Below, in pieces: positions 50,501-62,000 of a stretch of DNA of 62,000 nucleotides. The stretch is taken from assembly GCA_013265495.1 (NCBI GenBank), contig MU058781.1:5147050-5209049 (forward strand), written 5' to 3'. The position numbers were made by a program, and so were the translations under genes. The DNA is from Vicugna vicugna. Taxonomy: Eukaryota. The notes beneath the pieces are model-generated. The model was not told the origin of the DNA and ran no database searches. It worked only from the letters and a program-made list of their open reading frames with translations. Every line of letters begins with the position of its first letter. Position 1 is the stretch's first letter.

Positions 50501-53351
50501 CCATGCAATGCATCCTATGAAGATGAGCTTTCTCTGGTGGCTTCCAGACACAGAGACTGTTCTATTACCAAGTTCCTTCTAATGCTTTTATTAGCAGCCC
50601 CTAGGGAAGACCGAGAGAGATCTGCAGGGAAGGCACATGATGCTTTCCAAGGGAGAAGGCGTTATCTGTATTCTCAATTGAAGAGCACCTTCCACTTCTG
50701 AGTGAACTAATCAGGGGAGAAGGCCAGAAAGCAGACAGGCTTCCCACAACCCTGACAGAAGAACCTGAGCAAAGGCTAAGGTCGGCTGATAGGGGAAAAT
50801 GCATAAAAAGGACAAGCTCTGAGAGATCTGAAGTCCTTCAAGTCCCGCAGGCCTGACTGTACCTCAGTCTTCAAGATCACGAGAGCAAATGAGGGCACAG
50901 GTGGTGCATTCACACTTAGGAATTCAAGATTCAGCTTCAGAAATAGAAAGTATGAAGTACCTCGCGGCAGAATGCAAACAGCAGCACCTTCCAGGGAAAG
51001 GAAAGCTTAGGAAAGTGGGGAGAGGGGTCAGGAGGTGTTCTAAACTCTTCCCCTAGAAAAGAAACTCAGAAAATGTTAGACTCCGGAGATATGACTGATG
51101 AAATGTACCTACTCTCTTTGTCTTAAACCAGTTGAGGGGGCCAAGAATTGTACAAATAACTATCATCTTCTAAGACACTCAATTCCTTATATGAAAAGAA
51201 AGAAGAAAACAGAATTCTCCTCCGGGTATTGTAGCCGAGAAGAGAGAGAGTCATTCTCCAGAGAGGCCACCGAACAACACTTCAGCAGAGCCCAGGGAGC
51301 TATCAGAGAAAGGATGGCTGTCTCCCTCCTAGTAAAACAAACAGTCATCACATCTTCTTTGTCAAGTATTTGTGTGAATCTCCATTTCAAGGCTAAGGAA
51401 TCAACCAGAGGAAATAAAAAAAATTAAAGTAAATTTAAACCACCTTATAAAATAAAATACCATGAAATACCTTATACAAGAATGGCTGGGGTCTTTTTTA
51501 GAACTTGTTAATTTTGTCTTTTGATGATCACTTCTGGCCAACAAATCTACCTACTACACCAGCTTGGTATCTGTACCTGGCAGAGGAAATTCAAAGAGGG
51601 CTGAAGAGAAAAGCAGTAGAGTAAGCCCTGCCAACTAAATAAAACGGCACCTGTCAAAATATCAATTTGTGTGAAATGGCAAAAGAACATCTAATATACA
51701 GGGCCTGTCAATGAACATCTAAATAATAGTGCTTTTCTTAGCAACTTCTTTGCTTAGGTTTACATTTAAAATACACACGTCGAGGAACTCGGAAGAGACG
51801 AGGGTTGAGTTAGAGCTGCCACGGATGTTTCCTCACACTTGAGCTCCAGTGCATGACACAATAATAGTACACTTATCACAAACAGGACAGAAAAGAGAGG
51901 TGCACCTCCTGCTTGTAGACTGCCTATAGTTACGAGTTTACGTCAAAAGCAAAGAAAGGTCATGCCACTGATCTCATTTAGGAGCACAACAGAGTCTCAA
52001 AACCTTTGAGAATGAAAAGCCTGCCACATTGTGGGAGAGGATTTCTGCACAGAAAATTATCAGAAGCGTTACTGTAATGTTTCTATTACCAAATCCATAG
52101 GAGCTCTTTTGAAAAAAGAACACGATCTAGCCAGACCTCCAGGAAAGTTGGAGATACCTGGGCCACCACAGGCTTGTGGACTCCACTTAGCCAAGCAGGC
52201 ACTGAAGCAGAGAAGAACACTAGCCCAGTGCAGGAACAGAGTCCACCTCACGCCAGACACGGGGCAAACTGGATCAAACTGAAAGATGACGCAGGAAGTC
52301 GTCACAGCTTCCCTCTCAAGGGTTGTTGTGAGATGTGAAGTGAATCCTGCAAATCTCACTGACAGAAGTTTCCAGATTTGCAGGGCTGAGGGTTGGAGGC
52401 ATGTGCAGGTCAGGGAGACATCACATTCTCCTTTCCTTTCTTCTCTCACTCTCTCAACAGAAAGCCTTTTTAAATGAAATGCCAGGGGACGGATCGATCT
52501 CAGTTACATATCATTCTTTACACTTGGACCTCCCAGCTCTTTCCCTCAGACAAATTTATTAAGCTAATCACACTGCAGTGTTCTAGAGATTTTTCCTGTT
52601 CACACCTTCGTATTTTTCATTTCTTTTTATTCTCTTACATTCCCTTTGGTTTCCTTAGACAACTCTAAATAATCTACCCCCATTAGGTTAGGGGTTTGAT
52701 AACATGGTAAAATAATTGTTGTGCCACTTGAATTATCAGTGTAACACACACACACACACACACTTACACTGGTTCCCTGCCATATCCAAGCGGCGGTTTT
52801 TATATGTTGGGGCCGCCGGGACTGTCAACACTTTACATCCTCTCAACTGTCGAATGCGGCAAAAACTCCCTCACACATTTTCAGGGGAGGCTCCCAAACT
52901 CTTGCATTATTGTGTCACTTTTAGCTTCTCTGCTGCGTGCACCCCTGAACGTGACAGCCTCCTTCTCCACTGAATAAACACATGGGCAGTGAAAGGCCTA
53001 AGACCAGTTTTAGAAGGGGGGACTGCACTCAGAGACTAAATGCCTTTTAGAGAGCATTTCCGGGAATGTAATGCCACCATCATTTGCTGCTAAATAAGCT
53101 TGAGAACTTAAGTGAGGCTGAAACAGGCTGGCTGAACTTGGCATCTCTCTCGAGGCAGGCTTTTCTTTCTAGAACTGCTATTGCATGCTTCAGTCTTGGT
53201 GAAATGCAAAGGTGCAGGAGAGGTGCCTGGTAAAACCGAGCCCACCGAAGCAGTGAGCCCAGAGGCAGAAGCAGTGAGGTGCTGCCTCCGAAAGGGACGA
53301 CACCTCCTTGCTCCAGCCCTCTGCATCCACTGAATAGTTTCTTTTCTAAAA

Positions 53352-53411
53352 TAAAAGCACACCGTAAAGACTTTTCTATCTTAAAAGCACACCGTAAAGA
53401 CTTTTCTATCT
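53352..53411 (+). repeat. Perfect 30-bp tandem duplication (taaaagcacaccgtaaagacttttctatct)x2
   Basis: Seen directly. Confidence 0.95.
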
Positions 53412-54394
53412 ACCCCGACCACTGGAGCTGCAGACATGTGGATCTTACAGCAAGAAGTGCTCTTAAATATCAACTCTTCCAGTCGTCAGCAGTGGAAGCA
53501 TTTCTTAAATTGGCAGGATGTTCCCAGGAAAGCAGACAGAGCTGTTTTGGTTGAAATGGAGGAGCTGGCCTCCTCTGACCCCCACGGAGCCTCACAAAGG
53601 CTCTATGGAACTCCTGGGCCAGAGGTGGGAGAGGGGGAGAGACCCTTCCCAGCCAGAGCACAGAGACTCGTGCATTGCTGGTGAGAGTTTAAGCAAGTAA
53701 GCATCCAGCATCTCCCATGCGGAGTAAACTTGTCAGATTATGGGATTTTCATTGGTTAAAGCCTCAGGATGCTTTTTATGGTGTTTCCTAAATTACTGCT
53801 TTGGATTTCAGAAATTTTATATTGGAACTATCCACTGCAGCAAGATCTCTGGAAATAGATCTTGAGTAGTCTGTTTAGAACTACAGCTTGGTCCTCGAGG
53901 CAGTAACAGAAAACTGGCACTGGCCCGGACAGGCATATTTGCAATTTTATTAGAGCACAAATGGGGCCACAATTTTATGTGCTTTAAGGCCAATGCAGGG
54001 GAAAGGAAGGTCTCTTTACCCTGCTTTTGATACTGAGGGCATTTGCTTCTCCCCTTTACTCCCAGGCTCCGATGCTCAACCTCTGCCCCCAACCACTCAC
54101 CTCCCTCTTACCCTTTCATGCCCTCCTCCCACCTAGGTCTGGCTGAGGTGGGTCAGGCCTCTGTAGCAGCTACATTAAATACCTTCTGAAAGAGTTTAAT
54201 GGCTTCCTTTCCCTGCAGCCTCTTCCTATCCTCTGATAGGGAAAATTTCCCTCTAGAAGAACATGGTAAGAACGCTGGAAAAATAATTTTTGCATCTTCT
54301 TACCGAAAGACATCCTGCCATCTCCCTTCCCAGGACACAGGGCCCCAGCGGCAGGACACTAAGCTCCACTCTCCATATTTGTGTTCTTTCCCTT

Positions 54395-54585
54395 TAGGGT
54401 TGCCAGATAAAACACAAGAAGCCTAGCTAAACTTGAATTTCAGAGAAACAAAAATAATTTTTAATAGAAGCATATCCCAAGTATTGCATGGACATAGTAA
54501 TACTGAAAAAAATATTCATTGTGTATCTGAAATTCAAATTTAATTATGTATCCTGTATTAATTTTTGCTAAATTTGACAACCTTA
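54395..54585. mobile_element. Full-length MER53 palindromic hAT MITE with 8-bp TSD TTTCCCTT
   Basis: TAGGGTTGCCAGAT...ATTTGACAACCTTA TIRs; internal palindrome; TSD at 54387-54394 and 54586-54593. Confidence 0.9.
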
Positions 54586-54809
54586 TTTCCCTTGGAAAGT
54601 GCCTACTTGAGCCTAGTGAATAGAAAAGAGAATGCTGGTAATTTAATTTTTTTTAAAAAAACTGAACAATAAAATTTTTCATGGAAAAATAATCAGTGCA
54701 TAGTAGTAACCATTTCAAACACACACACAATTTTCACTTTTGCCCATTCTCTTCAAGTTTTTGTCCCTGTGCATTTTTATTCTTTATGGAAAAGTACACA
54801 AAACTGGAT

Positions 54810-55000
54810 TTTTGTTTTTTGTTTAGTTAGTAGTATCGTACTCCTGTTAATTTCCTGGTTTTGACAGTGAACCATAGTTTTGTAATTTGTTAACATTAGA
54901 GGAAATGCGGTCAAGAGCAAGCAAGGGCAAGGCTCTCTATACTATTTTTGCAAGACTTTTCTTGAAGTCTCAAATTATTTCAAAATCAAAAGACAAAACA
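54810..55000 (+). mobile_element. Old LINE-1 3' terminal fragment
   Basis: tgttaatttcctggttttgaca...ctctctatactatttttgcaa...aaattatttcaaaat. Confidence 0.6.
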
Positions 55001-56329
55001 ACAACAAGAAAACAAAAACAAAGTCCCAGGCTTCCCCGCCATAGGACGCCGTTTCATAGCTGTTACCTGCTCACTGCTGCATCTTAGCCTTAGTGGCTGG
55101 GTGCCCAGCACAACGGCAGGCACACTCAGGAAACGTTTATCCACTAGACGACAACGTACTATGTTAAGTTACTTCACTTGGTTAATGAATGCTTCTTTGG
55201 TGACGAGACCATCTTTGTTTTTAAGCTGGCCTACGTCAGTGTGGGACTCCTAGGCTGGGCTTCTTGGACTGTTAGCCTCAGGTCACTGAGAGGCTCTGAT
55301 TTTATTTTCCTAATCAGATCCAACTTCATTATTAATTTTTCACCTGTAAGCAATGCCAGTTAGCATCTGTTATATGTCCACTCTGAATCACACTTAAAAA
55401 CAGGAAATGCACATTTGTTCCTGTAAGTGCATTTTTAGACACTGTCTTACAAAGTGTGGGGTTACGGAAAAACTATTTTCTATGTGTCAGGCCTTTCAAG
55501 CACAGCAGGAAGTTGTGATCCCCTAAAGGGCAGCTGGGTACAGCATTCATCCCTGAGTCGCCTGGCCTGCCCTGTTTACTCTCTGATCTCTGGTCTTCCA
55601 CTGTCCACTTCCTAGCCCCTGCTGTTCTTAAGTCACATAACTTCTACGTCTCAGTTTCCTCACCTGGGAAGATGGAGATGATAACACCACAAAGCAGAGC
55701 TGTGGTGCGCATTAGCAGGACAGTGTAAGAATAACCATCACACAAAAACACAGAGAAGCACTTAAACTCATTTCCTTTGTTTCCTTCAGTTTCTTCTGGG
55801 CCACAGAGCCTTCTTAATCCATTAACAACAGATACCAGAGCTTGACACTAAATAATGCTTGACATAACCTCAAACAGATGTTCAACCCAAATGGTACTAT
55901 TCCAAGATCTATTTTAAAAAGTAAGATTATAAAGTACCCTAATGAACTATAAACTCACATACATACACATAAAAATACAAACATCCAGTATTATAAATCT
56001 AATCAATAGGAAAACTGCTAATGGCAATAAGCATCAATTAACTATTTCCTGGGCAGTTTTGTCTTTTATAGGAAGTTTTTTAAAGGGATGGTTTGCACGA
56101 TTCAGGTCTCTTGGAAAATTGTTAGAGCATATTTGGGATGACAGCTACTTTTCTTATTAATCAGTTACTCTGTAACAAACAGAGGTGGTCCGTGAAAATT
56201 TATTATTGATCATGATAATCAAGAAAATGACAACAGTATTCCATACTGATAAATTCATTTTTAAAGGTTAACTCTGAACGTTTTACCCTCCTTAACTTGT
56301 TCAATCTTCTTACTTAACTCTTAATATTA

Positions 56330-56680
56330 ATAGTAGTAGCAGCAGCAAGGATTTATTGAATGCTTACCACATGTTAGGTATTATTCGTAAGTCCTTTACA
56401 TACAATTAACTCATTTATTGCTCCCCAAACCCTATTATAACAGTAATAGCTACTGGTTCCACAGCATTTACTATGTGCTAAAAACTGTTAAACGCTTTAC
56501 ATGTATTAATTCACTTAAGTCCCACAGCAGATCTGCGATGAAGGTACAATTATTAACCCCTTTATAGAGAGGAGAAGAAAGCGGGCTTGAGAGATGTTAA
56601 ACTTGCTCAAGACTACAAAGCTCAGAATCAAAGTCAAGGTACCAGGAAATAGCAAATGTCGCTCTACCACTTTTCTTTAT
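56330..56680 (-). mobile_element. Two tandem MIR fragments
   Basis: tttattgaatgcttacc...actcattta and gcatttactatgtgc...acttgctcaagactaca. Confidence 0.6.
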
Positions 56681-56864
56681 TCTTGGCTGTTACAGGTCCT
56701 ACTTGATTTTGTGGTCTCCTAACCAAAGAACACTTCATTTTGTGTTAAAAGCTCTAATAATAAATACACCAAACCATTAAAAGAGCCTTGAAATCTTTAT
56801 CACAGAATTGCTAAATTGATCATAATATCCTGCATAGGCTTGATCTGTTTCCTTCTTCCTATTT

Positions 56865-56866
<2 letters not shown>

Positions 56867-56936
<70 letters not shown>
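56867..56936 (+). repeat. Compound microsatellite (GT)17(GA)18
   Basis: Seen directly. Confidence 0.95.
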
Positions 56937-56937
<1 letters not shown>

Positions 56938-57284
56938 GGAGAGAGACAGAAAGATAGAAAATCTGTAGCCGTCTATCTTGCACCAAGCGGGGAGTTGGTC
57001 AAAACACTGAGGATGGCAGAAGAGAAAGAATCTGGGTTTCTGACGACACAGTTGAGCAGCTGAACTAACCAATCCTGGAAACACCACCCCTCTCTTACAT
57101 AAGCAATAGTGTTATTGTATAAGCAACTTCTACTTTAAGTTTCTATACTTGGAGCTGAAAATATCTTAACAGATACAGATACATTAACCATTTGTTTCTA
57201 TTTCAACTTTCTTGTCTTAGTGTACTCTTTAGAGATATACACACGTGGAACACACACATGTGCACACACACACACAGGACGTCT

Positions 57285-57670
57285 CACTATGAATCAGTAC
57301 AGTACTAAACAATCTCCAAATCTCAGCGGCTTAAAACATCACACATTTATTTCTCGCCTATGCCTCTTACCCGTGTCCACTGTGAACTGGCTCTTTGCCA
57401 CAATCCCCGAGACAAAGGCTGAAGGAGAACACTAACCAAAAAAACAGCACGTCACTGCAACAGGAGGAAAAGAGAAGTGCAGAGGATCTCACACTGGCGA
57501 CTGAATGCTCTGGCCCAAAAGTGACACACATCATTTCTACTTAAAACTCACTGGCCAGAAGTAGTCACACAACCCTGTCCAACCAGAGGAAGGCTGGGAA
57601 ATGCCGGGAGGGCAATGGGACCAAGTGCCCAGAGGAGGAGAAGCGGAACAGCACTAATGACTACCGAAGC
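57285..57670 (-). mobile_element. MaLR solo LTR (old MLT1J/K-like)
   Basis: ccaaatctcagcggcttaaaac, aagtgacacacatcatttc, cactggccagaagtagtcaca, ggctgggaaatg. Confidence 0.65.
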
Positions 57671-57794
57671 CTACAAGGTGTTGGAGCTCCCAAATAGGGC
57701 TACTCACCTGAGGAGGAGTAGCGGGGCAGGGGTCCGAGATAAGCGTGGGAAAGGGTTTCTTTTTTTTTTTTTTTCACTTACACCATTTGGATAG

Positions 57795-58024
57795 CATTTG
57801 GATTATCTTAAACTTTTAAAGACTGAAATATGACACAGAGATAAGTACACAGATCATAAAAGTACAGTTCAATGAATTACATAAAGTGAACTCATTTGTT
57901 GTATAATTATCTCCTGGATCAAGAAAAAACATTGTCTGCACCCCAGAAGCCCACCTCGTGACCCCTCTAATTTCTACCTCCATCTTTCCTTCCAAAGTTA
58001 TGCTGATTCTTAACTCCATGGATT
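57795..58024 (-). mobile_element. Ancient LINE-1 (L1ME-type) 3' end
   Basis: aagtacacagatcataaaagtacagttcaatgaatt...gatcaagaaa...caccccagaagcc. Confidence 0.6.
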
Positions 58025-58035
58025 AAAAATTAAAA

Positions 58036-58210
58036 GCAGGCCCTTTTTTGCTCCCTCCTCTTTGGAGATGGCCTGCACTCTGTCTATGGAGTGTGCACCT
58101 ACTTTTACTTTAACCTGAGCACCCAACCCCCATACCTCTTTCCTTGCCTTTCGAAACAGCCTACACTCTGTGCACTACGTATCTCTCTAAATAAATCTAC
58201 CTTTACTCAA
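58036..58210 (+). mobile_element. Short polyadenylated retrocopy (LTR R-region-like) with 11-bp TSD
   Basis: TSD AAAAATTAAAA at 58025-58035 and 58211-58221 at a TT|AAAA site; AATAAA at 58190-58195, 13 nt before the A run. Confidence 0.65.
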
Positions 58211-59036
58211 AAAAATTAAAAAGAAATAAATATTTACAGACTTATTATGAGGGAAGTACTAGACAGTATCCCCTGGTGGTTTCTCTAAACCCAGGGGGGA
58301 ATAAATAGGCTGCTATTTTGAATAATTGAAACTTACAGGAGGCAAAGAGTGGGTAGAGAAGGAGCTAGACCCACGGAGAACTGGGTTCTCTAAGACTTAC
58401 AGGATGGAAAGTTCAGAGACTGGAGGAGATGGTACTTGCCCGTGAGCACTCCTCAAGGGGTCAGGACTTCCAATGATGCAGTACACGGCTCCCTGGAACT
58501 CATCTTGGACTTCTTGGCTTTGGAGACTTGTCACCCAGGCTGAGGCAGACTGGAAATGTTGACAGGCTTCTCTGTGGCAGCTGTGCTCCACAGATGACAG
58601 GACCAGGCTCAGCACTGGGAAATAAGGAAGAGAAGGAATAGCAACCACCCTGGAGTGAGGACCAGGCCCCACCCCACCTCTGCGAGCCCTCAGGATTCCT
58701 GTTCTATACAATGGGGGGGTAGTGGCGGCGGCAGGTGTCCCGATAATAAGTGCTTTTGGAAGGTTTCCCAGCCAGGGAGGTGGGGGCACAAAGCTGGATA
58801 TAATTTAGCTTAAACAAAGAAACCAAATCATCCATCTTCCCCCTCTGCCAGGTAGGCTGCGGGCGCACACCTGTCCTCACGCTGCAGTGTCACCTTCCTT
58901 TATGTTGCAGACGTCCAGCTCCGACCTGAAGCAGCAGAGGGATGGCACTGTGTGTTCTCTGCAGCCCCAACACCTACTCTAGCTCCTACTCTGTAGCACT
59001 GCCGTGAAGTAAACCGGGGAGAGGGCACATAACGAG

Positions 59037-59594
59037 TGTATCACTCGGAGTTTAACCACGGGACGTGTGACTGAAAACACGTTATTAGGCATTGGCTTAC
59101 ACAATTATGGGAGCCAGCTAGGCGGTCTCCAGAGGCTGTCTTCTCGACAAATGCCGGAGCCCAGAGTCCGCGTGCGGACACGAAAGAGGCTTGTGAGTCC
59201 AGGGTAGAACTCGAGAGGCGGGAGCTGGAAGTCCACGTGGGCAAACGCAAACCCACGTCCTTCTCTGTTCCCTCTGACCTTGCTTTGCTGGTGAGCATTT
59301 CTGCGGAAGTTAAAGCCCTGGGTCATGCTGTATACACCTGGCCCAGGATGCAGAGAAGCTGAAAGAAGATCTTGGGGAAGCAAGGGCAGGTGTAGCGCCG
59401 CTTCATCTCCACGGAGTGAAGCTGGCAACAGATCAGCAGTGAGTTTTGGCCACACTACAAGATGGCGGCCGCCACGGTGGCTCCTTCCAACTCTCGCGAG
59501 AGCATATCCCTTGTAGTCAGTCCCAACCTGAACCATAGGAGGGAAGGGAATTCTGGGAAATGTAGTCCAACCCGGGCCAAGTAGGCGTATAACA
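59037..59594 (-). mobile_element. Ancient ERVL-type solo LTR (LTR41-like), unusually CpG-rich
   Basis: Minus strand begins TGTTATACGCCTACTTGGC...GGACTACATTTCCCAGAATTCCCTTCCC and ends ...GTGATACA (TG...CA termini); no clean TSD. Confidence 0.6.
59454..59567. promoter_or_regulatory. Cluster of housekeeping-promoter motifs: YY1, BANP/ZBTB33 palindrome, ZNF143/THAP11
   Basis: CAAGATGGCGGC 59458-59469; CTCTCGCGAGAG 59491-59502; reverse-strand ACTACATTTCCCAGAATTC 59548-59566. Confidence 0.6.
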
Positions 59595-62000
59595 AAGCCA
59601 TCATTATGAGCGTTGAGTGAAGTTCCTCTGAGGCTTCAGGCTGTGGCCCACATCTTGGGAAGTGAGCTTGGTCTTTACACCAATACAATGCTCTCCCTCA
59701 TCTCCTCCCTTTAGCCGCATTCTGCGTCTCCTGGCGGATCCCCGCTTACATTAGTCCAAGTCCTCTAACGAGAAGATACCAAGATCCGCTCAACGTGCAA
59801 GACATTGATAAGGGGAAATGCCCTTTAAAGAAAAAGAAGAGGAAGCCAATCGGGGCTCGACCGTGATGCAAGTCTGACCCCAGAGAAGGAAGAAATGAAG
59901 GTTGGGTAGAAGTGACTTAGACACTAATGCAATTCTGCGTAAAGTTGGACAGAGCTTCCTATCAGAAGAGTCCCGCATTTCCCACAGACAGACGGGCCTG
60001 AGTGTCCCCGCGGGGCCTGGGTACTGCAGGAGCAGCCCCGGGAGGCGTGCCTGCAGGGGGCCTTAGAGATGGACTTCAGAGCACCACCGACAGGGCCCTC
60101 CCGGCCATAGGAGATTTGAGGGCCCATTCTCATGGCTGCATCATTCCTCCCTTTGGTCAGGACCCAGACTCAACCCGCTCCCTCTTGTGGTGTGTGGAAA
60201 GTCACTAAGGCCAGGAGTCTTCTTGCTGACACCTCTTTTGTTCAATGACTGATTTCTGTTCAGTTGGGACCACCTTTACCAGGAATAGATGGTGGGGATA
60301 CTTGACGGCAAAGGCAGTTCCGAAGTATCTTAAGGCAAATTCATGGAGTTGCTGTTTGCCCAGGCAATTGGCCTAACCTTAGGGCATTTCGTAAAAGTAT
60401 TTGGCTGAGTATTAAATAGTCCTGATTCCTGGAATTTATTACATATTTCTTAAGAAACAAAACAAAACAAAATTAATTAAGTGTTTGGCTGTGAGGGTGG
60501 AAGTCTGGAATTTGTTAGAGAAACGGTTTGGAAAAATATAGGTCAAAGCATTTTCTGCAGTCTTTTATTCCTATTCTCTTGAGAAATCAAATGTAAGCAT
60601 CTGTAAAAAATGAATGTAATGAAATGGAAGTAATTTTTGCCTAGGCAATGAAAAGTTGAGGATTGTTAAATTGTTAACTCCTGGAAGGCAAGGGTTCTTT
60701 TTCTGAAGCTGCATATTTAGTGGGTGTCGGACAGAACAGGAACTGGTTTCTCTGTGGTGGTGAGTTCATTGAACTTTGAGCTTTCTTTCCATTGTTGCAT
60801 AACGGCAGAAGTAAATAAATAAATTCACAGTGATCATGTTTATAGCAAACAAATGCCACTTTGCAATAAGTGTAAATCACCCGTGATTCTTTTTCTGTAC
60901 TACTCACCAGAGAAGTTTCTGATCAAGCTTAGTCCTCACCATGATTACTCATCTGTGCAAAGAATGCAGTCTAGGATGCTCTGCTGACTTTAGCTCTCAA
61001 TTTCCTGGCCTTTGGGTGACATTATGCATGTTAAATGAGCATTCATATAATTTTCTCATTGAAAATACTAGCAGCTGATTTGCTAGACTACTGACGCTTG
61101 TACTGATATCTAATAAATGTTGGGGAAAGATCATCAAGAAATAATCTCCTTTCCATCCTACCTGCCTAACAGGAAAAACAGGCGAATTGTCTTCATTTCT
61201 TGTTAAACCAGGGCAACGGGAACAGAAATTCTTGCTGACTCACATTCCCTAGAGAGCATTCCTTTTACAAGTTAACAGATGAATAAACTTCACATGCTAA
61301 TTAGGACCCATCGACCTCCTAATCAGCTCACAAGGAGGTACCGAAAAGCAACCCTCTATTAGTAGTTTCTGGCGAGGGCACTGTCTTGAAAGAACCTGTT
61401 TTCTCCTAATTTAGAGCAGTCCCCTGGGTTTAGAGATGTTTGAGGGAGTTTGGTAAACAGTCTGTTCTGACACATTGCAATTGCTGGCAGCCTCGCGCCA
61501 GGATCCTCACCAGGTCTGACGACTGAGAAGTGAATTCATTAATGTCTCCCAGGCAGGGACCTGTGCTGGTCTAGCAGTATCTGGGATTGGGATGCAGAAA
61601 GTACTGAAAAGCCTTCTGAGATCCTCAAGCTTGGATTACTTGGAAAACCAGCCCTCATGTCTTGCTGGCTGATAGTGGTCTCTCTCTTTACACAGTATCT
61701 GTTGAACTTTATCTTTCATCACCATGCCCATCAGTTTTGCCTGTAGGAAGCCTCTCAGAGTCTCTTTGTGTCCTTTTCTGTCCCACGCTCAGGGCTTACA
61801 TGCTGGTAAAGCCACCTCACTTGGCCAATAGCTATAGTGGAGTATTTCCCCCCCTCACCTCATGCCAGGCCTTGGTCATTCATTCTCCTGGGACCTGGCA
61901 CCCCAGGGGCTAATACCTGGGCTGTTGGGACTGTTTGATAACCTGCCCTGCCTAAGTCCTTACCACCTGTGGTGGGCTGAAAAATGGCCCCCAAAGTTAT

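Noticed and set aside
58397..58789. 130-aa minus-strand ORF near the CpG-rich LTR
   Set aside because: It starts at a non-ATG codon and resembles no protein I recognise; kept only as a possible non-coding exon
1..62000. Prokaryotic-type systems (CRISPR arrays, operons, defence islands)
   Set aside because: The sequence is clearly mammalian (spliceosomal introns, L1/L2/MIR, CpG depletion) and no repeat-spacer arrays were seen

Overview
Mammalian genomic DNA, most likely camelid, judged from two tRNA-Ala-derived vic-1-type SINEs. The only protein-coding gene I can support is the 5' end of DTNBP1 (dysbindin-1, a BLOC-1 subunit) on the minus strand. It has a CpG-island promoter at ~9.8-10.7 kb and coding exons 1-3 (10410-10465, 2255-2308, 1485-1535) that splice in frame to MLETLRERLLSVQQDFTSGLKTLSDKSREAKVKNKPRTIPYLPKYSAGLELLSR; the gene continues past the left edge. 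The other ~51 kb is upstream intergenic DNA dense in transposable-element relics (L1, L2, MIR, MaLR/ERVL LTRs, hAT and Tigger MITEs, Charlie1), several with intact target-site duplications (TSDs) and deep nesting. The most unusual signal is an ancient ERVL-type solo LTR at ~59.0-59.6 kb. It is anomalously CpG-rich, carries clustered YY1, BANP/ZBTB33 and ZNF143 motifs, and is followed by a candidate minus-strand exon, so it may be an exapted promoter pointing toward DTNBP1. I found no convincing novel protein-coding system. Repeat family names were recognised by eye and most repeat boundaries are approximate unless a TSD or terminal inverted repeat (TIR) is given.
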